From Heterodontus francisci (Eukaryota), in the NCBI RefSeq assembly GCF_036365525.1, contig NC_090384.1, positions 40,631,883-40,695,882 on the forward strand: a stretch of 64,000 nucleotides of DNA. Reading direction: 5' to 3'. Made by a program: the position numbers and the translations under genes. The first letter of the stretch is position 1, and every line of letters begins with the position of its first letter. A model generated the notes under the pieces. That model was not told the origin of the DNA. It saw nothing but the letters and a program-made list of their open reading frames with translations, and did no database searches. Below, piece by piece: positions 25,292 to 38,013 of this stretch.

Positions 25292-26939
25292 CTGTCAGAG
25301 AAGGAATCCACTGTTAGCGGCCTTTGATTCATCCAACTTCACGTTATGAATTTGTAACTAGTAATTTAAGTTAGAAATTGCCATGAAAATTTAGCCAATC
25401 TTTCCAGTGAAGTGAATGTCAATGCTGACCTTGTGTGTCAGTTTTTTTTTTTGGTGAGTTTTAGCACACCCACAAAAGGGAAAGCAACGTAAGTAATAGC
25501 AATGGAATGCCTTACTCATCACGCAACCAGCTGTACCAAGTCAGTTATAATGTAACGCAGATGCAGAATAAAGCCACCTCTACGCCGTCCCTTCAGCACT
25601 GCTGGGTCAGCTACTATATGCGTCTAGATTCTTTACTTTGGCTGCAAACTCTTTGGTTTTCCAAAAAATGGTAAAGACCTGGTTGCAAATGATAGCTAGC
25701 GGGTGTAGCTACGGGTGGGGACTCCCTACACTAGGAGGTCCAATTCCTCAGGCTGCAGTGGTATCTGGTACATCAGTGGAGGCTGTTACGCCGAGTGAGT
25801 GGAAGTATATTGCCTCCATGTGGCCGAATATGTGAACCCAATTAGTACCGTCCAGCTACGTTTCTACATTAGCCCCTTGCTCACGGAGCCAATGGGAGTT
25901 TGGCCAGAATTTATGGGACTTGGATAACGTCACTCCCACAGAGCAGGCACCAGAATTTCTGGTCAGCATGGGCAGACAAGTGCTCTAGATGCACCTGTAG
26001 CACATATCTATCATAACTAAATGAGGCACCCTGCCCCACAAACCCCAGTGGGGTCAGTGTGGAGAGAACTATTTGGCACAATTCTGGCAGTTACACTGGA
26101 ATTGTGACTTGAGGAATTTCTGTGCCTTTGTCTTTAATCTGTTCTGCACCTGACATCAGAATACTTGGTGGGACAATGTAGAGAAAGCTCTAATTTGCAT
26201 ATCAGCCTGCTAAGCTGGAAATGCTTGATGCTAACACTGGATGTAAATGAACAAAATCATTTTATCAATGCATTGATATTCCACAAGCTGGATGAATCCA
26301 AAACGCAAGCAAAATTTGGAGACTATAAAAGATCATAGAGCAATTCCCTTAGCCTAAGCTCTCAGTGGGGAGGGCACTACTGCAGGCGGCAAAGGTCAAT
26401 GATAGGCGTACAACACTGTAGCCCTGATCTCCGGCCATACTTCCTGTGAGTACAGCTCTTGACTGGGAAAACACCTTCACAGAATTAGATCTTGTGCCAC
26501 AATTACATCATCAAACATAATTCAATGATGAGTGAAGTGAAAACATGAGCTGCTCTGGGCAGTCAATCTAAGCAACTGTACCTGAACAATGTTTCCCACA
26601 AGTTGCAGCGTAAGTTAACAGCAGTAATAAATGGAGTTGCAAAAATGTTCTAGTCAGTCAATGACACAAGGCTTGACTCATGCCAGAGACTAGGGGAATA
26701 ATTTTGATATAACCTGGCCTTCAGGAAACTGACAAGATTGGGTGGCATGCCAGTTTTACACTTCACCTGATTTTACACTGAATTGAAGTCAAAGAGCAAC
26801 ATTGGACTGGGTGTAAAACCTTTGTTCCTCAGATCCCCTGGGATTCTGTCCCAGCAAATTTGTTTAAAATTATCCCCCAGATGTTCAGATGGTCTCAGCG
26901 TCATTGTTCTGAGATGTATGCATGCACTTCAGCACTTAC

Positions 26940-27087
26940 ACAAAATCATCTGATGAGTTTCCATTAAAATTGCCACACAATCCACACATTCTTGATTGCA
27001 ACGATTCAGGGACATCGATTTCTACAAAACTTTTCCAATCCCACGTGATAGTAAGACCTTCCGGCAACTTCAGAATGGCATAGAGTC
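26940..27087 (-). CDS. VWCE: Exon, VWD: (G)LYAILKLPEGLTITWDWKSFVEIDVPESLQSRMCGLCGNFNGNSSDDF
   Basis: 148 nt, phase 1-2, ttcaacag acceptor, gtaagt donor; CGLCGNFNG...DDF hallmark. Not present in the ORF track. Confidence 0.95.
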
Positions 27088-27375
27088 CTGTTGAAAAGAA
27101 GCACCAGAAACCATTTACCTAGAACCATTTAGCTAGATATTGCTGTAACCTTGCGCAGTCTTACAGTGCAGTTGTCCAGAATGTACACAGCTATTTGTAA
27201 ACATAGCAATCCTGCAGGGTTTTCCAAAGGCAGGGAGCACTCAGTCATGCTTCCCGTGTTAAACTAGTGGAGATCTCTGATTATAGGATAAGAATATAAG
27301 AACATAATAAATAGGAGCAGGAATCGACCATATGGCCCCTTGAGCCTGCTCTGCCATTCAATACAATCATAGCTG

Positions 27376-27700
27376 ATAGAGTCATAGAGATACAGCACTG
27401 AAACAGGCCCTTCGGCCCACTGAGTCTGTGCCGACCAACAACCACCCATTTATACTAATCCTACATTAATCCCATATTCCCTACCGCATCCCCACCATTC
27501 TCCTACCACCTACCTACACTCGGGGCAATTTACAATGGCCAATTTACCTATCAACCTGCAAGTCTTTGGCTGTGGGAGAAAACCGGAGCACCCGGCGGAA
27601 ACCCACGCGGTCACAGGGAGAACTTGCAAACTCCGCGCAGGCAGTACCCAGAACCGAACCCGGGTCGCTGGAGCTGTGAGACTGCGGTGCTAACCACTGC
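27376..27700 (-). mobile_element. V-SINE inserted in a CR1 fragment (about 27295-28060)
   Basis: Reverse complement of the 11741 copy. Confidence 0.9.
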
Positions 27701-28624
27701 CTCAACTCCACTTTTTTTGCCTGCTCCCCATATCTTATCAAATGTCTTTTGGATACTGCATCCACTGGCTCCCCTTTATCTACCCTACTAGTTAGATAAT
27801 TTCCCTTTCGTAAAACCATGTTAACTCCGTCTGATCATGCTATGATTTTCTAAGTACATTGCTAAGACTTCATTAATAATAGATTCCAGCATGTTCTTGA
27901 TGACAGATGTCAGGCAAACTGACAAGTAGTTGCCAATTTTCTCTCTCCCTCCTTTCTTGAATAGCAATGTTACATTTGCGAAATTCTAATTTGTTGGGAC
28001 CATTGTGGAATCTAGGGAATTTTGGAAAATCATAACCCAGTGCATCCACTATCTCTGCAGCTAATAATAGAAGCATAGAGTGGTTACATCAGAGAAGGAG
28101 GCCATCCAGCCCATTCAACCTATGCTGGCTCTGTGCAAGAGCAACTCAGCTAGTCTCACTCCCCTGCCCTTTCACCATAGCCCTGCAAATGTTCTCCCTT
28201 GATTATACAATTCCCTTTTGAAAGCCATGATTGATTCTGCCCCTACTGCCCTTTCAAGTAGTGCATTCCGGATCGTAACCAGTCACTGTGTAAAAAAGTT
28301 TTCTTCATGGCGTCTTTGATCTTTTGCCAATCACTTTAAATCGGTGTCCTCTGGTTCTCAACCCTACCGACAATGGGAACAGTTTCTCTCCCTCTAGTCT
28401 GTCCAGACCCATGATTTTGATTACACCGCTATCAACTTTCCTCTCAACCTTCTCTTCTTTAAGGAGAACAGCCCCAGGTTCTCCATTGTATCCACAGAAC
28501 TGAAGTCCCTTATCCCTGGAACCATTGTCAATTTTTTCTGCACCCTTTCTAAAACCTTCACATCTTTCCGAAAGTGTAGTGCCAAGGATTGGACCCAATT
28601 TTCCAGTTGAGGCCAAATCAGTGT

Positions 28625-30045
28625 TTTTTCAGGTGTAAGTCTCCAGGAACTGATGGCATTCCTCCTGAAATGTTCAAGTATGGAGGAGCTCACATGGTTA
28701 GGAAAGTCAAGGAACGGTTGGAATGATCTTTGCAGCCTGTCAAATTCAAGAAAAGTTCACAAACCAACCAAGGACCTCGACATGGTGTTCATTGACCTGA
28801 CCAAGGTCTTCAACACAGTAAACCGTGAAGCCCTGGGGAAGACACTGCACAAATCCAACTGCCCTGAAAAGATGATCAGGGTCATCCACTCATTTCATGC
28901 ATGACAGCATGAGGGCTAGTGTGATGCCTTTCCTGTCGCCAATGGCACAAGCAAGGCTGCGTAATGGCTCCAGTACTGTTTGCCATCTGTGTTTCGGCCA
29001 TGCTCCTGCATGCACTCAAAGATCTTGACATAGGAGCACACATTCAGTTCAGGACAGACGGCAAACTCATCAATCTGCAAAAAACTCAAGGCTCGCACAA
29101 AGATTAAAGAACAGATACTAAATGAACTCTTGTTTGCCGATGACTGTAATCTCAACACACACTCCGGAGGACATCCAGCTGCTTGTTGACCAAGCCTCAG
29201 AATGCTTCGGTCTTACACTAAGTCTGAAAAAGACAGAGATTCTGTACCACCCTGCCCCTGGCCACAAACACCAAGACCCCATAGTCACAATCAACAATAT
29301 ACCCCTCAACTCAGTTCAGAAGTTCTGCTATCTTGGGAGTATCCTCTCCAACACCATGTTGAATGATGAAATTGCCCAACACCTGGCAAAAGCAAGCTCA
29401 GCATTCAGCAGGCTCATCCACAGGGTTTGTACAGAGCATGCTGTGTGTCACAAAACGAAGAACAAAATTCACCAGGCAGTGGTTCTCAGATCACTTCTAT
29501 ATGGCTGTGAGACCAGGACAACCTACTGGTGTCACGTAAAACAACTAGATGCATTCCATCTTTGCTGTTTAAGATCTATCTGCAAAATCAAATGGCAGGA
29601 CAAAATCCCTAGCACCGGAGTTTTTGCAAGGTGCTGTACACCTGGTATCGAGAGCATGCTCATCAGAGCTCAGCTTCACTGGGTCGGCCATGTGGTTCAC
29701 CATAGGACATCCCAAACTTCAAAGACATTCTGAAAGCCAATCTCAGAGTTTGTAAGTTGGACCCCACTACATGGAAAAAATAACCGTGGACAGATCCAAA
29801 TGGAGAAGCCTCTATCAAGCAATCGCAACACTTGAGGAGCACAGAATCAGGCCCCTACAGGACATGTGAGCATGCCATAAAACCAGTGCCTTCGCTCACG
29901 CCTCCAACAGTGACTTCATATGTAATATTTGCAATTGGATCTACAAATCAAGATTTGATTTAACATGAGAAAACACCAACCTAGACGGTGAACAACCAGT
30001 CTCCTTGCTGAACACTCATTGTCGAAGCAATGGGAGAATCCATCA
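28625..30045 (+). mobile_element. RTE-clade (BovB-like) LINE, decayed
   Basis: FIDLTKVFNTVNREAL, ELLFADDC, GLTLSLKKTEIL, FCYLGSILS, LLYGCET, RAQLHWVGHV. Confidence 0.88.
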
Positions 30046-30499
30046 TATCATAACTTCCTTACTTTTGTACTTAATACCTCTATTTAAAGAGCCCAGGATC
30101 CCATATGCCTGTTTAACCACTTTCTCAACCTGCCTGCCACCTTTAACTCCAGGTTTCTCCATTCCTGCACACGCTTTAGAATTGTACCCTTTAGTTTATA
30201 TGGCCTCTCCTCATTCTTCCAACCAAACGTATCACTTCGTACTTCTCTACATTAAATTTCATCTGCCACTTGTCCGCCCATTCCTCCAGCCTGTCTATGT
30301 TCTCTTGAAGTCGATCACTATGCTCCTCACAGTTCACTATAGTTCCAAGTTTTGTGTCATCTGCAAATTGTGCCCTATACACCCAAGTCTAAGTCATTAA
30401 TATATATGAAGAAAAGCAGTGTCCTTGTACCAATCCCTGGGGGAACACCACTGCATAGCTTCCTCCAGTTCAAAAAACAAACATTCTCTATAACTTGTT

Positions 30500-30880
30500 C
30501 AGTTTACTTACCCACTGTTTTTTTCATGTTTGTACTTGTGGCTGCTCAATTTTCAGTCCATTAACACCCTATCTGTACTAATGCTTTGTCTTTCAACACA
30601 CTATTAACATATTGTTTGCCTTTGCTCCACGACCTTCTGGTCAGCCATTCTGTGACCTTGTCCTATCTACACCTTCTCCTTTGTTATCTCTTGCCCCACC
30701 CCACTTTACTTGCTTATAACCTTTTACATTTCTAATATTTGCCAGTTCTGAACAAGGGTCACTGACCTGAAACGTTAACTCTGCTTCTCTCTCCACAGAT
30801 GCTGCCAGACCTGCTGAGTATTTCCAGCATTTCTTGTTTTTATTTCAGATTTCCAGCATCCGCAGTATTTTGCTTTTATT
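30500..30880 (+). mobile_element. Penelope-like terminal-repeat remnant with degenerate hammerhead motif
   Basis: ttctgaacaagggtcactgacctgaaacgttaac followed by cacagatgctgccagacctgctgagtatttccagca; related pieces at 55491-55593 and about 44015-44070. Confidence 0.65.
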
Positions 30881-33630
30881 CGCTATAACTCTGTTTTCTG
30901 TCACTAAACCAAATTCATAGCCATGCTGCCACTCTCTCTTTTATTCCGTGGGTTTCAACTTTGCTGGCCAGCCAAGTATGTAGCACTTTATCAAACGCCT
31001 TTTCGAAGTCCATATACATACAACCACATTACCCTCATCAGCAACCTCTGTTACCTCAACAGAAAACTTGATCAAGTTAGTTAAACATGATTTGGCTTTT
31101 ACAAACCTGTGCTGGTTTTCCTTAATTAATCTACACCTGCCCATGTGACTGTTAATTTTCTCCTAGAATATCATTTCTAAAAGCTTTCCCATCCCAGTGA
31201 GGTTAAACTGACTGGCCTGTAGTTGCTGGGTTTATCCTTGCACCCTTTTTTGAACAAGAGTGTAACATTTGCTATTTTTTAGTTCTCTGGCACCACCTCT
31301 GTATTTAAGGAAGATTGGAAGATTATGACCAGTACCTCCACAATTTTCACCCTTATTTCCCTCAGTAACCTCAGATGCATTCAACTGGTCCTGGTGACTT
31401 ATCAACTTTAAACTTTCTAGCACCTCCTCTATCAATTTTTAGCCCAGCCAATATCTACCTCCTCTTTCACTTTGGCTGTGACAGCATCTTCTACCTTGGT
31501 AAAGGGAGATGCAAAGCACTCATTTAGAACCTCAGTCGTGCCCTGTGCCTCCATGTGTAAATCTCCTCTTTCGTTCTTAATTGGCCCCACCCCTTCTTTT
31601 ACTACCATTTTACTATTTATATACCGAGTGAAGACTTTTGGATTCCCTTTTAGGTTGGTTGCCAAGCTCTTCTCATGCACTCTCTTTGCCCTTCTTATTT
31701 CATTTCTCACTTTGCCCTGAACTTCTTATATTCCGTCTGGTTGTCACTTGTATTATCAAGTGGACATCTGTCATACACACCCTTTTCCTGCTTCACCTTA
31801 CTCTCTATCTCTCTTGTCAACCATGGAGCTCTGGCTTTGGTTGCACTGCCTTTCTCCCTAACGGCATTGTTCTTTAACCAAACCAAAACCATCTCCTTTT
31901 TAAAGACAGCCCATTGTTTGATTACAGTATTGTCTGCCAATCTTTGATTCCAATTTACCTGGGACAGATCCGTTCTCACTCCACTGAAATTAACCCTCTT
32001 CCAATTCAGTTTTTATACTCTTGATTGCTCCTTGTCCTTTTCCACAGCTAATCTAAACCTTATGATACTATGATCCCCAAATGTTCTCCTACTATCTGTT
32101 TCCCCAGAACCAGATTCAGCAATGCCTCCTTCCTCTGGAAACATATTGATCAAGAAAATTCTCCTGAACTCACTTCAAAAACTGGTCCCTCTCTCTACCC
32201 TTTACACTATTACTATTACGGTCTATTTTAGGATAATTGAAGTCCCCTATTATCACTACTCTATGGTTCTTGCACCTCTCTAATTTCCCTGAAAATTTGC
32301 TCCTCTATATCTTTCTGTAGCTGGTGGCCTATTGAATACACCTAATAGTGTAATGGCACCTTTCTTAATTCTAAACCATCCACGGTGCTGTGGACTTGGC
32401 TCTGGTTGCACTCCCCAGATGAACCACCACCCTCACCAGTATTCAGAACTGAATACCAGCTAGAGAGTGAGATGAATTCAGGGGACTCCTGCATGACCTG
32501 ACTGGACCTCCTTGACTGGAGGTCACCCATTCCCTCTCTGCCTGAATTCGCTTAAGCTGCGGGGTGATCTCCTCCAGAAACATACAAGGCACTTAGCTCT
32601 CAGCCTCATGGATGCACTGCAGTGAGGCCAGCTGCTGTTTATGCTCCAAAACTCAGTTTGAACTCCTCTAGCTTATGACACTTCCGACACTAGAAGTGTC
32701 CTGGAGTTCCCACATGGAACAGAATGTGCAGTCGATGAGACTGAGATGCCCCGCCATGTCTCTATTTATTAAACTATTAACAACAGAAATAAACTTAAGA
32801 CATAAATAAAAACTCATCAGCTACTGGAGGTAAGAAAAAAATAAAAAGCAGCACCTCCTTCCCCCTCTGCACTGAATTCCCACTTGCACCAAATTCTCAA
32901 CTTTAGTACTCTGTTAACGATGCTGTCATTTCTGTGATCACTCTGTGCTCCCCACTCTGGTTAGGCCTTAGGTGGAGTATTGTGTACAATTCTATGATTC
33001 TCACCTATTCAACCTGAACCAATTGGGGACAGCATTCAGCTGTGTTCCATTTTGGTCGAGCACCAAGGAGCTCCATTTGGATGAAGTTTTCTGGACTCTA
33101 TAAATGTCTAATTTTTCAGGGAGTGCTACTCTTTTATGCATGAAACCTCTGTTACAAATTTGGTAACTGTTAAAAGTTAGGTGCAACCAGGCAGAGGGGA
33201 TAGATGCTGTTACAGCTAGCATTTAATATTTGTGTGTATTTAGGAGGTGGTCCTGTGAGTCTACATCCTTAGGAAATGTATGCAGTTTAAAAGCAAAACT
33301 TTGAAATCAGATTGCAGTTTGCTTTTATGAAAAATCTTAATTGGGGAGGAAAAACAATTCAGTAATTTCCCTGTCCTTATTGGCTCAGAGCCTGAAATGA
33401 TGTGATGGGAGCAGGAAAGCAAGTTATAAAATAATACACTGTTTAGGGCTGGATAATGACTGATTAAGTTACTAATGAATGTAAGCTTATTAAAGGGTTG
33501 TTCACGGCTGAAAATAGCTTTTCAAAGGCCTCTGTCAAGAAGTACTTGCAATTTTGCTCAGAGAGGTACATGCAGAAGAAATTTGAGCTGTTTACTTACA
33601 TTCAGTGAGAATAAAATTTTATAAGGACAA

Positions 33631-33975
33631 GGGCGGCACAGTGGCGCAGTGGTTAGCACTGCAGCCTCACAGCTCCAGAGACCCGGGTTCGATTCTGGGT
33701 ACTGCCTGTGTGGAGTTTGCAAGTTCTCCCTGTGTCTGCGTGGGTTTCCTCTGGGTGCTCCGGTTTCCTCCCACCTCCAAAAGACTTGCAGGTTGATAGG
33801 TAAATTGGTCATTGTAAATTGCCCCTAGTGTAGGTAGGTGGTAGGAGAATAGTGGGGATGTGGTAGAGAATATGGGGTTAGTGTAGGGTTAGTATAAATG
33901 GGTGGTTGTTGGTCGGCACAGACTCAGTGGGCCGAAGGGCCTGTTTCAGTGCTGTATCTCTAAATTTTAAAAAAA
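33631..33975 (+). mobile_element. V-SINE, full length with intact Pol III boxes
   Basis: A box tggcgcagtgg, B box ggttcgattc, V-domain, CR1-like tail. Confidence 0.9.
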
Positions 33976-34710
33976 ATTATAAATTAAGATCAGCACAGAT
34001 GGCAGTTACCTTCACAAAATGAGAAGTGATGGATTTGTGGAGGAATTCAGACTAGGATTTATGGAGATGACAGAGATTGAGTACAGCAAGACTGCAAAGA
34101 GATTTGAAAATTAGGATGGGAAGTTAGAAATCAATATGCTGGGCAGAGAGAGCCATTAGAGGTTTGTAAGGATGGAGGTGAAGGGTGTGCAGGATTTAGT
34201 CTAGTAGAAGATATGAAAGTATGAATGTCAAAATTTGGAGTGTGCGCTTCAAAACCAATGAAGTACTTTTGAAGTGTAGTCACTCTTGTAATGTAGGAAA
34301 CTCAGCAGCCAATTTGAATACAGCACGCTTCCACTAATACCAATGTGTTAACGACCAGATAATTAGGTGTGGCTTGAGGGATTAATGTTGGCCAGGACAT
34401 TGGGAGAATCTCCCTTATTCTTTAATCTATTCTGCTGTGAGATCTTTTACGCCCACATGAGAGGGCAGTTGGGGCCTCCGTTTAATATCTCATCCTATAT
34501 TACAACAGTAATTATATATTAAAAATACTCCATTGGCTATGAAGCAATTTCGAAAGTCCTGAGGTCATGAAAAGATGCTATATAAATGCAAGTCATTCAT
34601 TCTTTATCTTTTGACAGGGCAGCATTCGTTCATTACTGCACTAAAGTGTCAGCCTGGGTTACATGCTGAAGTATCTTGAGTGGAACTTGAAACCACAACC
34701 TGAGCTAAGT

Positions 34711-35415
34711 GTCAGCTGTGGCTTAGTTGATAGCACTCTCACCTTAAGTCAGAAGGTTGTGGGTTCAAGTCTCATGCCAGGGCATGAGCACATCAAAACT
34801 GACATCTCAGTGCAGTACTGAGGGAGTGCTGCACTTTCGGAGGTGCTGTCTTTCAGATGATATGTTAAACTGAGGTCATGTCTGTCCTCTCAAGATGATG
34901 TAAAAGATCCTATGGCACTATTTTGAAGAGCAAGGGTGTTATCCCCAGTGTCCTGGCTAATATTTATCCATCAATCAACATCACAAAAACAAACAGATTA
35001 TCTGGTCATTATCACTGTGCTGTTTGTGGGAGCTTGCTGTGTGCAAATTGGCAGATTGTGTGCAGATCTGTAGCATCAGCTGTCCATAACACACTGAATG
35101 GCTTCATTCCAAGTGTCAGAAAGTTACAATGGATCATGAGTGATCTGATATAACCAGGTTAACAGATCTGGAGCAGGTTGGTGTCCCTTCCTGACCTTAA
35201 TTCCAATTGTCAGTGCCCAGTTTACAGGAACTATGTCTCTGAGGTGGGCGATGTAACCAAAGATGACCGATGGTGACGATTAATGATGACTTCAAGTCTG
35301 CTTCCTACATTACAACAGTGACGACACTTCAAAAGTACTTCATTGGCTGCAAAGCACTTTGGGATGTCCTGTGGTCATAAAAGGCACTACATAAATGCAA
35401 GACTTTCTTTATTTT
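34711..35415 (+). mobile_element. DeuSINE-like (SacSINE1/AmnSINE1-type) tRNA SINE with a ~245-bp insertion
   Basis: tRNA-like head (gggttcaagtc), core gatgtaaaagatcctatggcactatt, L2-like tail ataaatgcaag; an older inverted copy lies at about 34250-34700. Confidence 0.7.
35063..35304. repeat. ~245-bp segment duplicated in direct orientation at 37071-37316
   Basis: cagatctgtagcatca...aatgatgacttcaagtctgcttc aligns end to end in both places. Confidence 0.9.
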
Positions 35416-35514
35416 AATGCTAGTTCACAACACCAGGGGCTGGTATTCAGGACTGAATGCAGTGTCAGAGTCACACACTGGCTGTGTTAAAGGGCCTGCA
35501 TGTGACAATTTGAT

Positions 35515-36255
35515 ATGTACATACGAATTAGGAGCAGGTGTAGGCCACTCGGCCCCTCAAGCCTGCTCCGTCATTCAATAAGATGATGGCTGAACTGATT
35601 GGAACCTCAACTCCACATTCCCGCCTACCCCCAATAACCTTTCACCCACTTGCTTATCAAGAATCTATCTACCTCTGCCTTAAAAATATTTAAAGACTCT
35701 GCTTCCACTGCCTTTTGAGGAAGAGAATTCCAAAGACTCACGATCCTCTGGGAGAAAAAGTTTCTAATTATCTCTGTCTTAAATGGGCGACCCCTTATTT
35801 TTAAATAGCGACCCCTAGTTCTAGATTCTCCCACATCCACCCTGTCAAGACCACTCAGGACCTTATATGTTTCAATCACGTTGCCTCTTGCTCTTCTAAA
35901 CTTCAGTGGATACAAGCCTAGCTTGTCCAACCTTTCCTCATAAGACAACCCACTCATTCCAGGTATTAGTCCAGTAAACCTTCTCTGAACTGCACCTAAT
36001 GCATTTACATCCATCCTTAAATAAGGAGACCAATATTGTACACAGTACTCCAGATGTGGTCTCACCAATGCCCTGTATAATTGAACCATAACCTCCCTAC
36101 TTTTGCTTTCAATTCCCCTCGCAATAATCAATAAAATTCGATTAGCTTTCCTAACTACTTGCTGTACCTGCATACTAAACTTTTGTGATTCATGCACTAG
36201 GACACCCAGATCCCTCTGCATCTCAGAGCTCTGCAATCTCTCACCATTATATGTT
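35515..36255 (-). mobile_element. CR1 3' fragment
   Basis: Open frame QRDLGVLVHESQK...LVRPHLEYCVQYWSP followed by a CR1 tail. Confidence 0.92.
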
Positions 36256-36435
36256 GCACTCAAACTCTGTGTCACACTGAAGCTACATGTCACTCATTCA
36301 TCCACAGCTGGAGACTGAACTGCATTCCCTTCTCTTGGCCTGTATTGGAGAAGGCTCAAGATGAGTTAAATTACTTATCTGAGAACACCCACCTTTCTTG
36401 CCCTGCCTCGTTTCTCCATTGGGTGAGCTGCATAC

Positions 36436-36610
36436 CTGAATGTTGGATGGAGATGTCTACTGCATCAGAGTAAGGAAGTTCGATTTCTGTGTTGTTAACT
36501 CGAACTTGACTCCTATCTGAAAGTTCGATGGTTCTATTTTCAATCTGTACAATCAAGGCCTTTGTCCCAGGCTCAGTGGAACTATCATTCCATTTACTCT
36601 GGTAAACTAC
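36436..36610 (-). CDS. VWCE: Exon, VWD: VVYQSKWNDSSTEPGTKALIVQIENRTIELSDRSQVRVNNTEIELPYSDAVDISIQHS
   Basis: 175 nt, phase 0-1, ttcttcag acceptor, gtatgc donor; V-x-VN...LPY motif. Confidence 0.9.
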
Positions 36611-37619
36611 CTGAAGAAAACAAATAGTTATTAGAACACAGTCAAGACTTATTTTGTGTGTTTATCGATGTTAACTTACATATAGATTCATTAAAAATCT
36701 CTTGAAGCCAGAAAGATGACTGAAGTGGTGTAATTGCACACTGGGGTTGAATCAGGTTTTGGCAATTGCATCTGTTTGGAGGAGGTAGGTTGGAACTGAG
36801 ATTTCACATGAAGCCAGGCATCTGAATTGCATGTGGATGCAATGATTTGGAGTGGAGCTGGAGCTAGGGCCTGGGCTAATGTCTGGCAAAGCCGGCTGTG
36901 GGTAGGTGGTAGGGTTGTGTGATTGGGGATGCCGGGGTGGAGGGGGGGAGGGAGGGTGGTGCGGCGAGGGGTGGCGGTGTTGCAGGGAGAGGAAGGTTGG
37001 TTTTGCAAAAACTGGAAATAAGACTTCTGTGATTGATCATCACTAAGCATGCGATTACACTTAGGCAGTTCAGATCTGTAGCATCAACTGTCCCTAATGC
37101 ACTGTCTGGCTTCATTCCTAGTGTCAGAAAGTTACAATGGATCATGAGTGATCTGATATAATCAGGTTAACCAATCTGGAGCAGGTTGGTGTCCCTTCCT
37201 GACCTCAATTCCAATCTACAGTGCCCAGTTTATAGGAACCATGTCTGTGAGGTGGGCGATGTAACCAAAGATGACCGACCGATGGTGACTATTAATGATG
37301 ACTTCAAGTCTGCTTCTCATTATTACATCGGTGTACTGGACCAAATCAAACCATCAAATTCTCAACCATCATCTCTGACAGCACATATGGAAACACTTTC
37401 ACATATTTGGAACAGAAATTCAGCTTGGGCAGTAATACAAAAGGGACAGTATTTTATTGGCCACCTGTTTTATGTCCCACCCGACATTCAATCCCATTGA
37501 CTGCAATGCTCCTGAATATTGGGCTGGAGGCTAATGCAATACCCCATTTTGCACTAGGTCCAAGCCAAATTTCTAATCCTTGATGTTTTACTTAAGCAGT
37601 GGCCGTGTTTCAGATCCAT

Positions 37620-38013
37620 AAATAAGTATTGGAAGGATGCAGGTCTGTTAGATCCATGCTTTTGTAGGGATTTTCACCTTCTTTTAGCTCCAGCCCCTGT
37701 GCAGGTCCTTCGTTGTTGTAGTTGCTAAGCCGATTGTCCTCACCACATCTGGTTCAGTACACCCAACCAGTTTGCTAACTAGGCAGATAAAGCCATCCAC
37801 TGCCTCCCTATAGTGAATGCCCTGTATCAGTGTTTGCGCTGGCACACTGGACTTTTGTGTTTGTCTGAGAAACCAGTAAGCCAAAGCTGACTCCCAAATT
37901 CTGACACTGCTCATAGCCTGACCAAGCAGAGCGATATTGTCCACATAGTGCAGGTTGGAAAACGTGATCTGATCAATGGTAATCCCAGTACTTGTGGGAT
38001 CAGATATGGTCAA
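37620..38013 (-). mobile_element. Old RTE-like RT remnant
   Basis: FSNLHYVDNIALL resembles a decayed LDFADD motif; VDGFICLVS resembles FxYLGS. Confidence 0.45.

Larger units (their letters stand above)
28070..32345 (-). mobile_element. Long decayed CR1 LINE, split by RTE and Penelope insertions
   Basis: Ordered fragments ECFASPFT, KSCLTNLIKF, FADDTKLG, ERVQ, RTRGHRFKV on the minus strand. Confidence 0.85.

Noticed and set aside
36925-36990. G-rich tracts (also 58630-58655, 60638-60672) as regulatory G-quadruplexes
   Set aside because: Simple G runs are common and nothing else supports a function.
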